DNA of 64,000 nucleotides from Paraspadella gotoi (Eukaryota > Animalia > Chaetognatha), in assembly GCA_051294375.1 (NCBI GenBank), contig CM119268.1, positions 15,811,103 to 15,875,102 of the forward strand, written 5' to 3'. Positions 12,405-26,703 of this stretch are shown in pieces; the stretch's first letter is position 1, and every line of letters begins with the position of its first letter. Position numbers and translations under genes: made by a program. A model generated the notes under the pieces. It did no database searches and was not told where the DNA came from. It was given only the letters and a program-made list of their open reading frames with translations.

Positions 12405-14474
12405 GTAAGGGAGCTGTTGACGGTTGTGGATGTAAGCAGTGGCCGCGTGAGACATCGCTTTTATCCAACGTCCATGGCCACAGGGCAAACAGATCCCTTT
12501 ATTTCCGTTGCAATTATAATTTCTTCCCTCTCCAAAAAAAAAAAAAAGAAGAAAAAAAAAAAGGGAGAATTGTCCAACGTATTTGTTTCGTAACTTATAT
12601 CATTATTTTATAATGAACTCTTCATCACTCTTTTGAACTTTATATTTCGATTTATGATATTTTTAATAATGTATTAGTGCAATAGGCCCTTAGTGACATA
12701 TCGCCTGACATATTTCTTCCCCTTCTTTTCCAAAACCCCTTCGATCGAGATTGAGATCCCTTCGACAACAAAAGTCCTAAATCCTAACTTCGATACTTCA
12801 GAGCCCGAAAGGTCTAAGCCCATTTCCATTTTACGTTCTCGAAAAAAAAAGATTCGAAACTTGAAGACCAGCTCCGCCCTCTCGCCTCTTCTCGCACCGC
12901 GAATTTTCTCCGAAACGACCGCGCAATATTAGTCAATTTCATTCCCCATTGAAAATAAAGGTAAAAAGAGAAAAAGAGGAAACTTCTAACGTTTAAAAAC
13001 TAATGTCATTGTTTAATGTTTTCGAAACATAAATCGCTCGACGAGGTCATAACTCTGAAAACGGCATCTTTCGCTGACTTGTATTTTTTTTTCTTTCTCG
13101 ACCGCTCGAGTTTTTTTTTTTTTTCTTTTTTATTAAAATCGTTGATACGATAAGACAAACGAAAAAACAGTTTTTACCTTCGATGTTTTATTGTTGAAAA
13201 AGAGTCTTTTCCTGTCTTTGCTTTTTCTTCCTCCTCCTCCTCCTCTTCCTCCTCCTCCTCCTCTCATCGTTCGCTTTTACCCGGGCTCCCTTCACCCCTC
13301 ACCGTGTCGTGAACTGAATGACTTTCTCAGACTCGTCACTTCTGACACCCTTACTCCTCGGCTTTCACTGCCCAACTTCCAACTCGTCAACCTCTTTAAA
13401 AACCCAATCATTTTTGAACGACGCTCGTCTCATTCCTTGTCACTCCTCGGTCTTCTCTGTTATCTCCTTAACCCTTCACATCTTCACTCCTCACATCTCA
13501 CTCGATTTAATCTAATTTAATAGTATAATAATTTAATAATATAATTATCTGTCACCTCAACCTCACTACCACATGCCCTTTTTCTCCTACACCCTTTTAC
13601 CGGAGCAGATCCCTTTTAAAATCATTCAACCCCCCCCCCTGTGCCCAGTACCCACCCCTCTCTTTTACGTCTCCTCATTCATCATTTCTTCCCCCTTTTC
13701 CTTCACCTCGGGTTTGCGCCTTCGACTCAAGATCGTTTCACTTCGAAGACCATTGTGAAAAAAAAAATTATGAAAGAGAATAGAAAATATCCTAGGAAAG
13801 ATAATTCAGTAGGAGAACCGAGAAAAGGGATCAGTAAAAAAGAAAAGATCCCGGAAAAAAGTTTTAAATATATTTTCAAAAAAGATAGTAGAGAAAAGAA
13901 AAGTAAAGGAAAAGAATACTAAACGCCAACGTCATTAATCGAGATATATATTCATCAGCGGGAGAAGAGGAAAGGAAGACCAGCTGCGTATTGAGTCTTA
14001 AAATTATTGACATGATTCAATCGTAAGCCATAAGAGATAAATGTATAATATATAAATAATATATATACATTATATTATATACATTACACGCCATTCATAA
14101 CGACAAATTCATCAGTTAGACTTAATTCGTTTCATTTTTTTTTTTGTGAGCGCTTTGTTGCATTCTTCTCCACATCATCGTTGTTATTGCTTCAGGTTAA
14201 AAGACTTCTCGAATCGTTAAATTTTCTCATCTCACGATTCAACCCGAGACAACGTAACCTCTTCCGACAATTGTTTTCGATTTGAAGACGCCTTCCAAAC
14301 TCTTTTTCCGCCTTCGAAGTTCTTTTGTTTGGATTTGGAAGGCGCCTTCAGAAGTCGTTCTCCCTCTTCGATCGAATCTTTCGATCTTCCCCTTTCACCG
14401 ACCGATCGTCAATGCCTGTCAGACTCATCGTTTGTTTTTCTTCCGAGAAAGTTTATGTTATTTTTAAGCGGAAA

Positions 14475-14601
<127 letters not shown>

Positions 14602-15853
14602 AGTGAGAAAGAACCCTCCCAAGTTTTGTTTATATTTTCTAAGAATCGATTAAAGTTTTGACTTGTGTGAGAACCTGATCGCTAAGAAGAATAAAAAAAT
14701 ACTTAAAGGAGCGAGGGCGAAAGTCGTATTTTTTTAGGAGGAAGATGACATCAGGACCAGTGGACAATATAATACAAGATAATAGCCAGACCCTGCAACC
14801 TTTCAATCAAAACTTTCTAACAGTCGATATTATAAAATAAACATGCAAAAACGAACGAACTGAACCAAAACAAAACCAATTACAAGAACGATCAACATTG
14901 ATAAAGACGTAAAAATGCATAAAAAAAAATAGAAAAAGAGAAAAATGAGAAAATAAAAAGGTGAAAAACGTTTTGAAAAAGTGCAGAAATGATCTTTATT
15001 ACGAGAAGGGAGGTTATGGGTGGATGGCTCCCTTTGACTCGCCGGGTTGTTGGGAGTGAGCACTCGCATTCTTTCGTTTTAAAAGACGCATCTCAACTCG
15101 TTTTTTCTCCTTTCTCATAACCGCGATCGAAATTGAAATAGCTTCAAATAAAAAAACAAAAAAAAACAAAAAACAATTGCAACATTAAAATAATTTTCTC
15201 AGGTGAAGGAAGTTTCGTGATCCGTGATTCGTGATCCGTCGTTGTATTCGTCGTCGTTGTTCAAATCATTTGAGTTCTCAAAAAGGTAAGCTAAGTAAGT
15301 TTAATTGAGTACGATTCGGTAGACGATTTTAACTCAGCCCTCTATATTTTGTCGCCGATTCAAAATGGAGGTGAATCAACGGCTTTCAACGACACCGCAG
15401 CGTGCGTTCGAAATTAAAAAAAAAAAAANNNNNNNNNNNNNNNNNNNNNNNNNNNNNNNNNNNNNNNNNNNNNNNNNNNNNNNNNNNNNNNNNNNNNNNN
15501 NNNNNNNNNNNNNNNNNNNNNNNNNNNNNNNNNNNNNNNNNNNNNNNNNNNNNNNNNNNNNNNNNNNNNNNNNNNNNNNNNNNNNNNNNNNNNNNNNNNN
15601 NNNNNNNNNNNNNNNNNNNNNNNNNNNNNNNNNNNNNNNNNNNNNNNNNNNNNNNNNNNNNNNNNNNNNNNNNNNNNNNNNNNNNNNNNNNNNNNNNNNN
15701 NNNNNNNNNNNGCCTACGCTATCGGCCGTCTTCACTTCATTCTTATCTCTCACTCTCTCTTTCTCTCTCTCGCTCTTTCCCGACGCATAAAGACGCCGAG
15801 GCTAATTAAGAGGCGGCATAGGAATTTCGCTAATTAGTCCCCCAAAAGAAACA

Positions 15854-16410
15854 ATAAGTGACAGAAATTTGGAGCAAGTGGCGCGTCATCGGTAACGTCA
15901 ACACGTAGTGGTAGTATTTCATACCCACTACTCGTCCGAAATCAGCAGCACCTATGGCGCCAGAGTAGCACGAGCTCCTCCCAACCCAAGTAACTCGGGT
16001 TCGCGCCCTGCTGATTCACACAAGTTAAAAGCGGGACGGACGTCTAACCCACCTGTAGTGTCGGACTACAGCCCATTCCGAATTCGGGACCTTGTGTGCA
16101 ACGACGGTAAACTGCTCGCGGCATCGTTTTCCACAACACTCTTTCATCACCAAAGCCCAACTTTTCCGGCTGAGGCTATCACGCTGAGGGCGAGCGGGTT
16201 CGTCTAATATGTGTGGCGCATCTAAGATGACTTTCTTTTTAAAATCCTGTTTAGAATAACTTGATTGTTTGTCTATTAAATTATTAATTAATACAACTGC
16301 AAAATCTGTTTTACGAGATTTGTATGTTCCGAATAGTTCAATAAGTCACTTCCGTAAACTTGTGTTAAAGACCGTGCAGATTTTGTAACGCCCATCTCTT
16401 AGCAACAATG

Positions 16411-16462
<52 letters not shown>

Positions 16463-17453
16463 CTCTCTCTTCTCTCTTCTCTCTCATCTCTCTCTCTCTC
16501 TCTCTCCTCTCTCCCTTTCTGAAGCCCAGTTGTTTACGGTTCAGCTTTCAAAACAAGACAGGGAAGGGTAGAGGAAGAAGTTAAAACGGACGGGCACGAA
16601 CGACGTAGAAGACGATAATATTCGCTTACGACGACCACGAACGAAGACGAATACGTAGACGACGATGACGATGAACACTCATTAGTGATACATTTTACCT
16701 AATCACTTTTTCTCAAATTAACGAAAGCTTGGAGTTGCGAAGCGATACATGCTGATTGAACGATTAATTGTTGATTAATTAATTGACAATTTCTTATTCG
16801 TCAATTTCAAAGTTTCTACGTGACTTAGATTAATAAATCATTAACTATTTAAAAATCATTACTATTATTATGGATTAATAAATTATTAACTATTTATTAA
16901 ATCATTACTATTATTTATGGATTAAATAAACAGTTTTTAAGCCGAGAAAAAGTTTCTTCGCTTTTAAAACATTGACCGATGGATTTCAACCGCTTTTATT
17001 TTTTGGAAAAAAGCTCAATGGATAGGGATAGGGCATGATACTTAAAAGGTGTATCAGGCCTTTTTTAAACTCCTAATAATATTTTTTTTGACGTAAACGA
17101 CGCAATGTGGACGATGACGACAACCACGACGACGTTGAAGTAAAAAGAAACGACGAGGAAAGGAAATTCTTTGACTCGGAAATTTATATCGAACGTCATT
17201 CGCAGTGGAGCCCCGCTCCGCCCCGTTCGCTTCTTTACCCATGGCCGCTTATCTACCGCAAGGAAGCAGCACAATCTGCCCTCGCCGCCTCCCGTTCTTT
17301 AGCCGGTCACGTGCGCCTTTCTCACCCTCTGCTTGTCGGCTGCCTCGGGCCGGGTGCTTGGCTACCGCACGCTGATTTCTTTATTGCCTCCACCTGAAGA
17401 AAGATATTTCTTCGGCGAAGACATTTTACGGTCTCACGGCGCGCCATCTGGTA

Positions 17454-17546
<93 letters not shown>

Positions 17547-19730
17547 TCTCCCTCCCTCCCTCCCTGTCCGCTCCTACCCGACTCCCCCAGCCCCCCTGCC
17601 CCTGTCTATCAGGCCGGGCGAAGATTTTTTACGATGTTCCTCTTTTGAGCCTCTGAGGTTTCGAGAGGAATCCCAGAGGTCGGTTAGGAGGCTTTTGTTT
17701 TTCAAAAGAGGGGGTAAGGGAGCTGTTGACGGTTGTGGATGTAAGCAGTGGCCGCGTGGACATCGCTTTTATCAAACGTCCATGGCCACAGGGCAAACAG
17801 ATCCCTTTATTTCCGTTGCAATTATAATTTTCCCTCTCCAAAAAAAAAAAAAAGAAGAAAAAAAAAAAAGGGAGAATTGTCCAACGTATTTGTTCGTAAC
17901 TTTATTTTATTTTATAATGAACTCTTCATTCACTCTTTTGAACTTTATATTTCGATTTATGATATTTTTAATAATGTATTAGTGCAATAGGCCCTTAGTG
18001 AATATCGCCTGACATATTTCTTCCCCTTCTTTTCCAAAACCCCTTCGATCGAGATTGAGATCCCTTCGACAACAAAAGTCCTAAATCCTACTTCGATACT
18101 CAGAGCCCGAAAGGTCTAAGCCCATTTCCATTTTACGTTCTCGAAAAAAAAGATTCGAAACTGAAGACCAGCTCCGCCCTCTCGCCTCTTCTCGCACCGC
18201 GAATTTTCTCCGAAACGACCGCGCAATATTAGTCAATTTCTTCCCATTGAAAATAAAGGTAAAAAGAGAAAAAGAGGAACTTCTAACGTTTAAAAACTAA
18301 TGTCATTGTTTTAATGTTTCGAAACATAAATCGCTCGACGAGGTCATAACTCTGAAAACGGCATCTTTTCGCTGACTTGAATTTTTTTTTTCTTTTCGAC
18401 CGCTCGATTTTTTTTTTTTTCTTTTTTATTAAAATCGTTGATACAATAAGACAAACGAAAAACAGTTTTTACCTTCGATGTTTTATTGTTTGAAAAAGAG
18501 TCTTTTCCTGTCTTTGCTTTTTTCTCCTCCTCCTCCTCCTCTTCCTCCTCCTCCTCCTCTCATCGTTCGCTTTTTACCCGGGCTCCTTACCCTCACCGTG
18601 TCCGTGAACTGAATGACTTTCTAGACTCGTCACTTCTGACACCCTTACTCCTCGGCTTTCACTGCCAACTTCCAACTCGTCACCTCTTTAAAACCCAATC
18701 ATTTTTGAACGACGCTCGTCTCATTCCTTGTCACTCTCGGTCTTCTCTGTTATCTCCTTAACCCTTCACATCTCACTCCTCACATCCACTCGATTTAATC
18801 TAATTATATAGTATAATATTATAATATAATTATCTGTCACCTCAACCTCACTACACATGCCTTTTTCTTCCTACACCCTCTTTACCGGAGCAGATCCATT
18901 TAAATCATTCAAACCCCCCCCCCCTGTGCCCAGTACCACCCCTCTCTTTTACGTCTCCTCATTCATCATTTCTTCCCCTTTTCCTTCACCTCGGGTTTGC
19001 GCCTTCGACTCAAGATCGTTTCACTTCGAAGACATTGTGAAAAAAAAAATTATGAAAGAGAATAGAAAATATCCTAGGAAAGATAATCAGTAAGAGAACC
19101 GAGAAAAGGATCAGTAAAAAGAAAAGATCCCGGAAAAATTTTTAAAAAAAGATAGTAGAGAAAAGAAAAGTAAGGAAAAGAATACTAAACGCAAACGTCA
19201 TTAATCGAGATATATATTCATCAGCGGGAGAAGAGGAAAGGAGACCAGCTGCGTATTGAGTCTTAAAATTATTGACATGATTCAATCGTAAGCCATAAGA
19301 GATAAATGTATAATATATAAATAATATATATACATTATATTTATTACATTACACGCCATTCATAACGACAAATTCATCAGTTGACTTAATTCGTTTCATT
19401 TTTTTTTGAGCGCTTTGTTGCATTCTTCTCCACATCATCGTTGTTATTGCTTCAGGTTAAAGACTTCTCGAATCGTTAAATTTTCTCATCTCACGATTCA
19501 ACCCGAGACAACGTAACCTCTTCCGACAATTGTTTTCGATTTGAAGACGCTTCCAAACTCTTTTTCCGCCTTCGAAGTTCTTTTTGTTGGATTTGAAGGC
19601 GCCTTCAGAAGTCGTCTCCCTCTCGATCGAATCTTTCGATCTTCCCCTTTCACCGACCGATCGTCAATGCCTGTCAGACTCATCGTTTGTTTTTTCTTCC
19701 GAGAAAGTTTATGTTATTTTTAGCGGAAAA

Positions 19731-19793
<63 letters not shown>

Positions 19794-21333
19794 GAGAAGG
19801 AGAGAGGAGAGAGAGATAAAGTGAGAAAGAACCTCCAGTTTGTTTATATTTTCTAAGAATCGATTAAAGTTTTGACTTGTGTGAACCTGATCGCTAAAAG
19901 AATAAAAAATACTTAAGGACGAGGCGAAAGTCTATTTTTTAGGAGGAAGATGACATCAGGACCAGTGTAGAGCCAAACTTCGTCAATGGGTGGGTCAGAA
20001 GTTTGATTTGGGAACTTTCCAAATAAACTTCATACATTTCTGAGAAACTTTCAATGGAAGAATTTTCTAAAATGGCTAGAAGCATTAGTAATTATTTTTT
20101 AATATTATTTATAGATAGGAATGTCAAAAATTTTTTGAATTTTTATTTTTAAAAGCGGATTCAAATAGCTATGAAAATTATCTAACAAAAGTATATTTTT
20201 TTTCTTCAATATTTTGATGTAAGTGGGTAAAATTGAGAAAACTTAAAAAATCTCATCATCATCATCATCCGATGATTTTAGCGTTTTACTATTTTAGTAA
20301 TAAAACATCAAATTAAAATTGTAATATATTTTTGCTTACTTTTTAAGCTCTATCAGAATCATTAAAAAACTTAAAATATCAAAAAAAAAATTTTTAACAT
20401 TATATAGCAATTAATAATATTAATTAGCGAATTACTCATGGTTCGTAACATTTTTGCAAAAATATTTAACACAATAATTAATACCAATAATGGATTAGTT
20501 AATGCTGTTCCATTATAATTTGAATTTGTCGGGTACGCTACCAGTGGACCTATAATACAAGAATAATAGCCAGACCCTGCAACCTTTCAATCAAACTTTC
20601 TAACAGTCGATATTTATAAATAAACATGCAAAAACGAACGAACTGAACCAAAACAAAAACCAATTACAAGAACGATTAACATTGATAAAGACGTAAAAAT
20701 GCATAAAAAAAAAATAGAAAAAAGAAAAATGAGAAAATAAAAGTGAAAAACGTTTTTGAAAAAGTGCAGAAATGATCTTTATTACGAGAAGGGAGGTTAT
20801 GGGTGGATGGCTCCTTTGACTCGCCGGGTTGTTGGGATGAGCACTCGCATTCTTTCGTTTTAAAAGACGCATCTCAAACTCGTTTTTCTCCTTTCTCATA
20901 ACCGCGATCGAAATTGAAATAGCTTTCAAATAAAAACAAAAAAAAACAAAAAAAACAATTGCAACATTAAAATAATTTTCTCAGGTGAAGGAAGTTTCGT
21001 GATCCGTGATTCGTGATCCGTCGTTGGATTCGTCGTCGTTGTTCATCATTTGAGTTCTCAAAAAGGTAAAGCTAAGTAAGTTTAATTGAGTACGATTCGG
21101 TAGACGATTTTAACTCAGCCCTCTATATTTTGTCGCCGATTCAAAATGGAGGTGAATAACGGCTTTCAACGACACCGCAGCGGGCGTTTCAAATTAAAAA
21201 AAAAAAAACAAACAAAAATAAAGATCAAAAAAAACTAAAGAAAAAAGAGAATAAATCGAAGCGCCAATCAGGCCAACCGCGGTAATTTCGACGCAACCGC
21301 GCCGCTTGTCTCAATTCCTCCTCCCTTCCACCC

Positions 21334-21378
<45 letters not shown>

Positions 21379-21555
21379 TCCCCTTCCCCACCCAGCGCCC
21401 ACACTCCCGCCCCGCCTACGCTATCGGCCGTCTTCACTTCATTCTTATCTCTCACTCTCTCTTTCTCTCTCTCGCTCTTTCCGACGCATAAAGACGCCGA
21501 GGCTAATTAAGAGGCGGCATAGGAATTTCGCTAATTAGTCCCCCAAAAAGAAACA
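15854..21555 (+). repeat. Copy 2 of the duplication, carrying an extra 572-bp insertion
   Basis: Starts ATAAGTGACAGAAA like 10581 and ends CCCCAAAAAGAAACA like 15853. Differs mainly by 1-nt indels and is followed by a 25-N gap at 21647-21671. Confidence 0.95.
19968..20539 (+). mobile_element. 572-bp insertion flanked by a 7-bp target-site duplication ACCAGTG (19961-19967 and 20540-20546)
   Basis: The empty site in copy 1 reads TCAGG-ACCAGTG-GACAATATAAT (~14751-14773). Copy 2 reads TCAGG-ACCAGTG-[insert]-ACCAGTG-GACCTATAAT. No ORF. Ends are only weakly inverted (TAGAG...CGCTA). Confidence 0.8.
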
Positions 21556-21572
21556 GAAGGAACGAAGATAGC

Positions 21573-21631
<59 letters not shown>

Positions 21632-24600
21632 GAGAGAGAGAGAGTGNNNNNNNNNNNNNNNNNNNNNNNNNAGAGAGAGAGAGAGGAGAGTTGATAATTG
21701 GCTCTTCTCCTTCATATCCCCCAGAGAGAGAGAGAGAGAGAGTCGCTATCGTCTTGCGGTGGTTGGAACCGCGGGATCTTTTAGTCTTAGATTTCAATTC
21801 GTTGTTCTTTTTTTTTTACTATTTTTTTCTTTTTTTCCCTCTGACGTTCGTGGTGATCGGAGTTGACGCATCGAGGCTGAAATGTTAAGCGTTGAAATGA
21901 AGGGGTTTTTTTTTGACAATGTGGTGTCTCGTTTCGGTCGGTGGAAGATGGAAGATAGAAACGATACCTAAAAGTTACATTTCAGTGGATTCAAGACGTC
22001 TGATGCTACACACTTTATTCGGTTAGTTTGATGGAAAGGTCTTTACTGGCGGGGTTTTTGACGTGGTCGACGTGGCTGCGTGGACGACTTTCGTTGCGCC
22101 ATCAAGCGAACGAAATTATCTTTTTTTTTTGGCGGGTATTGGATTTTAATTCTGCGACGAAAACAAAAGTCACTTAAACTATTGAATTTTAAAAGTTATA
22201 ATGTTTAAATATAAAAGTTTTTCGATATTCATTGAATTTTTTATTTTCTGAAACACCAAATTTTCGAGTCCGCTTGCCAACCAGCTTTGTCGCTTTATTC
22301 TATATACATTATACATACATCTCTATCTTAACAAATCTAAACTAATCTAATTCACTTCCATCTCCCTTAAAAAAAAGTTCATCGCACAAGTTATGTTTTG
22401 CTTCCCTTTTGTTTCATAGTTCGTTTTTATCGTCGTCGTCGTCGTCGTCGCCATTTTAATTAACGTCATTTGAGTTTTCAATTTCATCTTCTCTTTTCTC
22501 TTTTCTCTTTTCTCGAACAAATGACGATCGCACTTCTCTTCTCGTCTGTCTTATCGTCGTTATCATCGTCGTCGACGACGCCCGTATCGTCAACGTCACA
22601 TCGACAGCTATCAGCTTTTTTCGAAAAAGCTATCGTATCTATTATCTAATGTCGCATTTTCTCTTCTCACGCGACGATATAACGGATACGCTTGACGTCG
22701 TTGTCGTTGTCGGGAAAAAATGATAATCTTCATTGTCATTACTGTCATCGTCGTTGTCGATTAAGTCGTTGTTGTAGTCCTTTGTCTCGTCATTTTTTTC
22801 TTCAACAACTTAGCTATCCTCGTCGTTAAATCCCAGAATATTCACCTAAATTCTGTTCAAAACGTCGTTTTTCGGTCATTATCAATGAGCAAATGTCGTC
22901 TTTTCGTTTTTTCTTGGGCCACTTTCGTCTCCTTTCTATTGGCTAACCTAAACCCATTTGTTTTCAGTNNNNNNNNNNNNNNNNNNNNNNNNNGTCGTCG
23001 TCGTCGTCATCCTCGTCGTCGTCGTCGTCGTCGAAGTCATCATCATCGACGTCCTCGTTGTCTCCCACGTCGTCCTCTTCCACGGCGGGAAAAGCGCCCC
23101 GCGGCGGCAAAAGATCCGCGGCGCTGGCGTATTTTTATTAGAGATATTTCCACAGAAATAAAGTAGGTGGNNNNNNNNNNNNNNNNNNNNNNNNNNNNNN
23201 NNNNNNNNNNNNNNNNNNNNNNNNNNNNNNNNNNNNNNNNNNNNNNNNNNNNNNNNNNNNNNNNNNNNNNNNNNNNNNNNNNNNNNNNNNNNNNNNNNNN
23301 NNNNNNNNNNNNNNNNNNNNNNNNNNNNNNNNNNNNNNNNNNNNNNNNNNNNNNNNNNNNNNNNNNNNNNNNNNNNNNNNNNNNNNNNNNNNNNNNNNNN
23401 NNNNNNNNNNNNNNNNNNNNNNNNNNNNNNNNNNNNNNNNNNNNNNNNNNNNNNNNNNNNNNNNNNNNNNNNNNNNNNNNNNNNNNNNCTCTTGCTCAGA
23501 TCAAGCTTGCCAAGCTACTTTTAGAAGACGATTATCGGTCTAATTTTAGTAATTTAAAATAAACGTTTTTAATAATAGATTATATTTAGGTAATTTTACA
23601 AACGTTAATGAGATAAGTTTTCCTCTTTTCATTAAGTTTTCTTCCTCTTTGCTTCCTCATAAACGTCTTTTTTCCTCCTTTTCTCTAACATCTCGCCTGG
23701 ATACCAATCCGATTACTCATTCCTCTTCTTTTTCTTTTTCTTTTTCTTCCCACCTTCCTCCTTCCTCCTTCCCCCAGCCTCGCTTTTCTTCTCTTAATAT
23801 TTTTTTCCCACCCCCCTCCTCCTCCCTTTCTCCCTGCCTCCCACCTGCCTTCCTTTCCTCCCTTCCTCCATTCCTTTCCTTTCCTTGATAACGATGTTGT
23901 CTTTTCCCGATTTTCGCCGCGAGAGACTTAATACGGTTCTCGCTGTCGTCTTCACCGCTGTCGCTCTTCTTCGGCGTCTATTCTAATTTAGCTCATTACT
24001 TTTTTTTGTCGTGTTTTTTAAACTTGATTGTTATTATCTTTATCATCGTGAACGATTACATTAAATAAAATTACATTATATTATAATAAACAGCNNNNNN
24101 NNNNNNNNNNNNNNNNNNNNNNNNNNNNNNNNNNNNNNNNNNNNNNNNNNNNNNNNNNNNNNNNNNNNNNNNNNNNNNNNNNNNNNNNNNNNNNNNNNNN
24201 NNNNNNNNNNNNNNNNNNNNNNNNNNNNNNNNNNNNNNNNNNNNNNNNNNNNNNNNNNNNNNNNNNNNNNNNNNNNTCTCTCATTTATCCTCAACTTTCA
24301 CATAAAATTTTTACCTAATTCCTCTTCCTTCATATCCATTTTCCGCTCTGTGGGAGATCAGAGTTTTATTTTATTTTCCTTTGTCGATGTCTTNNNNNNN
24401 NNNNNNNNNNNNNNNNNNNNNNNNNNNNNNNNNNNNNNNNNNNNNNNNNNNNNNNNNNNNNNNNNNNNNNNNNNNNNNNNNNNNNNNNNNNNNNNNNNNN
24501 NNNNNNNNNNNNNNNNNNNNNNNNNNNNNNNNNNNNNNNNNNNNNNNNNNNNNNNNNNNNNNNNNNNNNNNNNNNNNNNNNNNNNNNNNNNNNNNNNNNN

Positions 24601-25176
24601 NNNNNNNNNNNNNNNNNNNNNNNNNNNNNNNNNNNNNNNNNNNNNNNNNNNNNNNNNNNNNNNNNNNNNNNNNNNNNNNNNNGAAAAAAAAACCTTTCGT
24701 TTCTGGTTTTGGTTTCTCTTCTTGCGTGAAGATAAGACTTAAGGGAAAGATAAGACTTAGGGGGCAGAATCGATTCCACTTTTGTTTTTAATGGTTATTT
24801 CCCCTTTTTTAAAAAAATAATCCGCAAGAGGGAGAATTGGTGAAGCGTCGCGTTTTTCGTAATTTCCTTACGCTTACAAAAACAACAAATATTTTTAAAT
24901 CTTAAACTATTCAATGAACGTAAAATTTTTTTTAGATTACAGATGGTTTTATATTATATTCTGTCTTTCTACACTAATCCATATTATTTGTATTATTTTT
25001 CACTTAATATTTCCCTCTCTCTTTCTCCTCTTTTAATACCTTAACCTCCTTTTCTTCCTCTTCCTCCCTTCTCGTCTCCTCCCGTCTTTCTCTCGTTTCC
25101 GAAAAAATATCTCTCTTCTTTTTCGGTCCACAATTCTTCCTCCTTATCAGTCTTTACAGTTAATGATCACCGCCCT

Positions 25177-25212
<36 letters not shown>

Positions 25213-26653
25213 NNNNNNNNNNNNNNNNNNNNNNNNNNNNNNNNNNNNNNNNNNNNNNNNNNNNNNNNNNNNNNNNNNNNNNNNNNNNNNNNNNNNNNNN
25301 NNNNNNNNNNNNNTCTCTCTCTCTCTCTCTCTCACAGATCGCTTCCAACATCTCGGACGCTTAATCTTCAAGACGAAAATTAGAAGCGGAAAGAAGGGAC
25401 AGAGGGAGAGAGGAGAGAAGGAGGAAGAGGAGGGGAGGAAGCAGTGAAAGAGAAAGGAAGCCTTTCCAAAAAAATAAATAAATAAATAAAACAAAAGTAA
25501 ATATAGCAATTAGGATAACATAAATTGAAATGGCTAATGAAAGTGTATTAAGACAAAGAGTAGCCTGATCAGAAATCAGGATTAGGCTTATTTCATTTAA
25601 GACCAAAAAAAAAAGAAAACCGTTTGCCCGCAAAATAAAAAGAAAAAAGCCCCCGAGGGTTCGGAGGAAAAAAAAAGCCTCGCTACCCGGTGGTCGAGGT
25701 CCTAAAAACCCCACACACCCTCGCACCTCAATCTCCTCCGGACCCCAACGAAAGTAAAAGAGGTGGAAGAAAAATGGACGGGGATTAAAATGAGGGAAAA
25801 TAGGGTTGGGAGTTGAAGGCTAAACACCGAACAGAGACAGAGACCGAAAAGGAAAGCGTGTCATGAGACGGAACTTGGTGAAGAAAGAAAGTTAGGAAAA
25901 AAAAATAAAGGAAAAGATTAAAGAAAAATGGGAAGAGGGAAGATTGAAGGGAAAGAGTGAAAAGCCGAAGACGGAGGGAGGAGTAGATGTTAAGATAAGG
26001 AAGGGGAAATTAAAAGATTCTGAGGATGAAAGGATGAATTAAATAAGAAGAAGATGTTTGGCTGGGTGCAATCGCTTTTTATTTATTAATATTTGAAATA
26101 ATATCTTCTCTCTCTCTCTTCTCTCCTCTCTCTACATCTCGTCTTCTACTTCTCTCTTCATTCTCTCCTCTCTCTCTCGTCCCAACAATCAGCCAGATTC
26201 TCCTCAAGTACGTAGGAATATCGGTTTTATACAGAGGTGTAATTGAAAATCTCTCGCTGTTACTTTGAATGGAAAGAGCATTCTGGTTTTTTTTTTTTTC
26301 TTCCAAAAATCAGAGCCCATCGGTTTCTCAAAAGGTGTGGTGAAGTTTAAAGTAAAAGGTTGCATTTTGTTTTTGTTGTTTTCTGCTCTTTTTCTTTGTC
26401 GGCACTTTCACTCTACTTCTTCTCTTTCTTTCTTCTGGTTCTCCTTGTCTTCTTTCTTTCTATCTCTTTTCTCGCTCTTTCTTTTCTTTAATTTATTATT
26501 TATTTATTGTTCTATTTAATTTTATATATATGTTATTTATTTATTTAATTATTCTATCTTATATCTGATATGATATTTATTCTTTTTTTTTTTCGTTTTT
26601 TTCTTTTTTCGTTCTTTTTTTCTCTATTACTTTATCTATTTATTTATTCATTG

Positions 26654-26703
26654 CATTCATTCATTCATTCATTCATTCATTCATTCATTCATTCATTCAT
26701 TCA
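26654..26703. repeat. (TTCA)n microsatellite
   Basis: Direct reading of the sequence. Confidence 0.95.
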
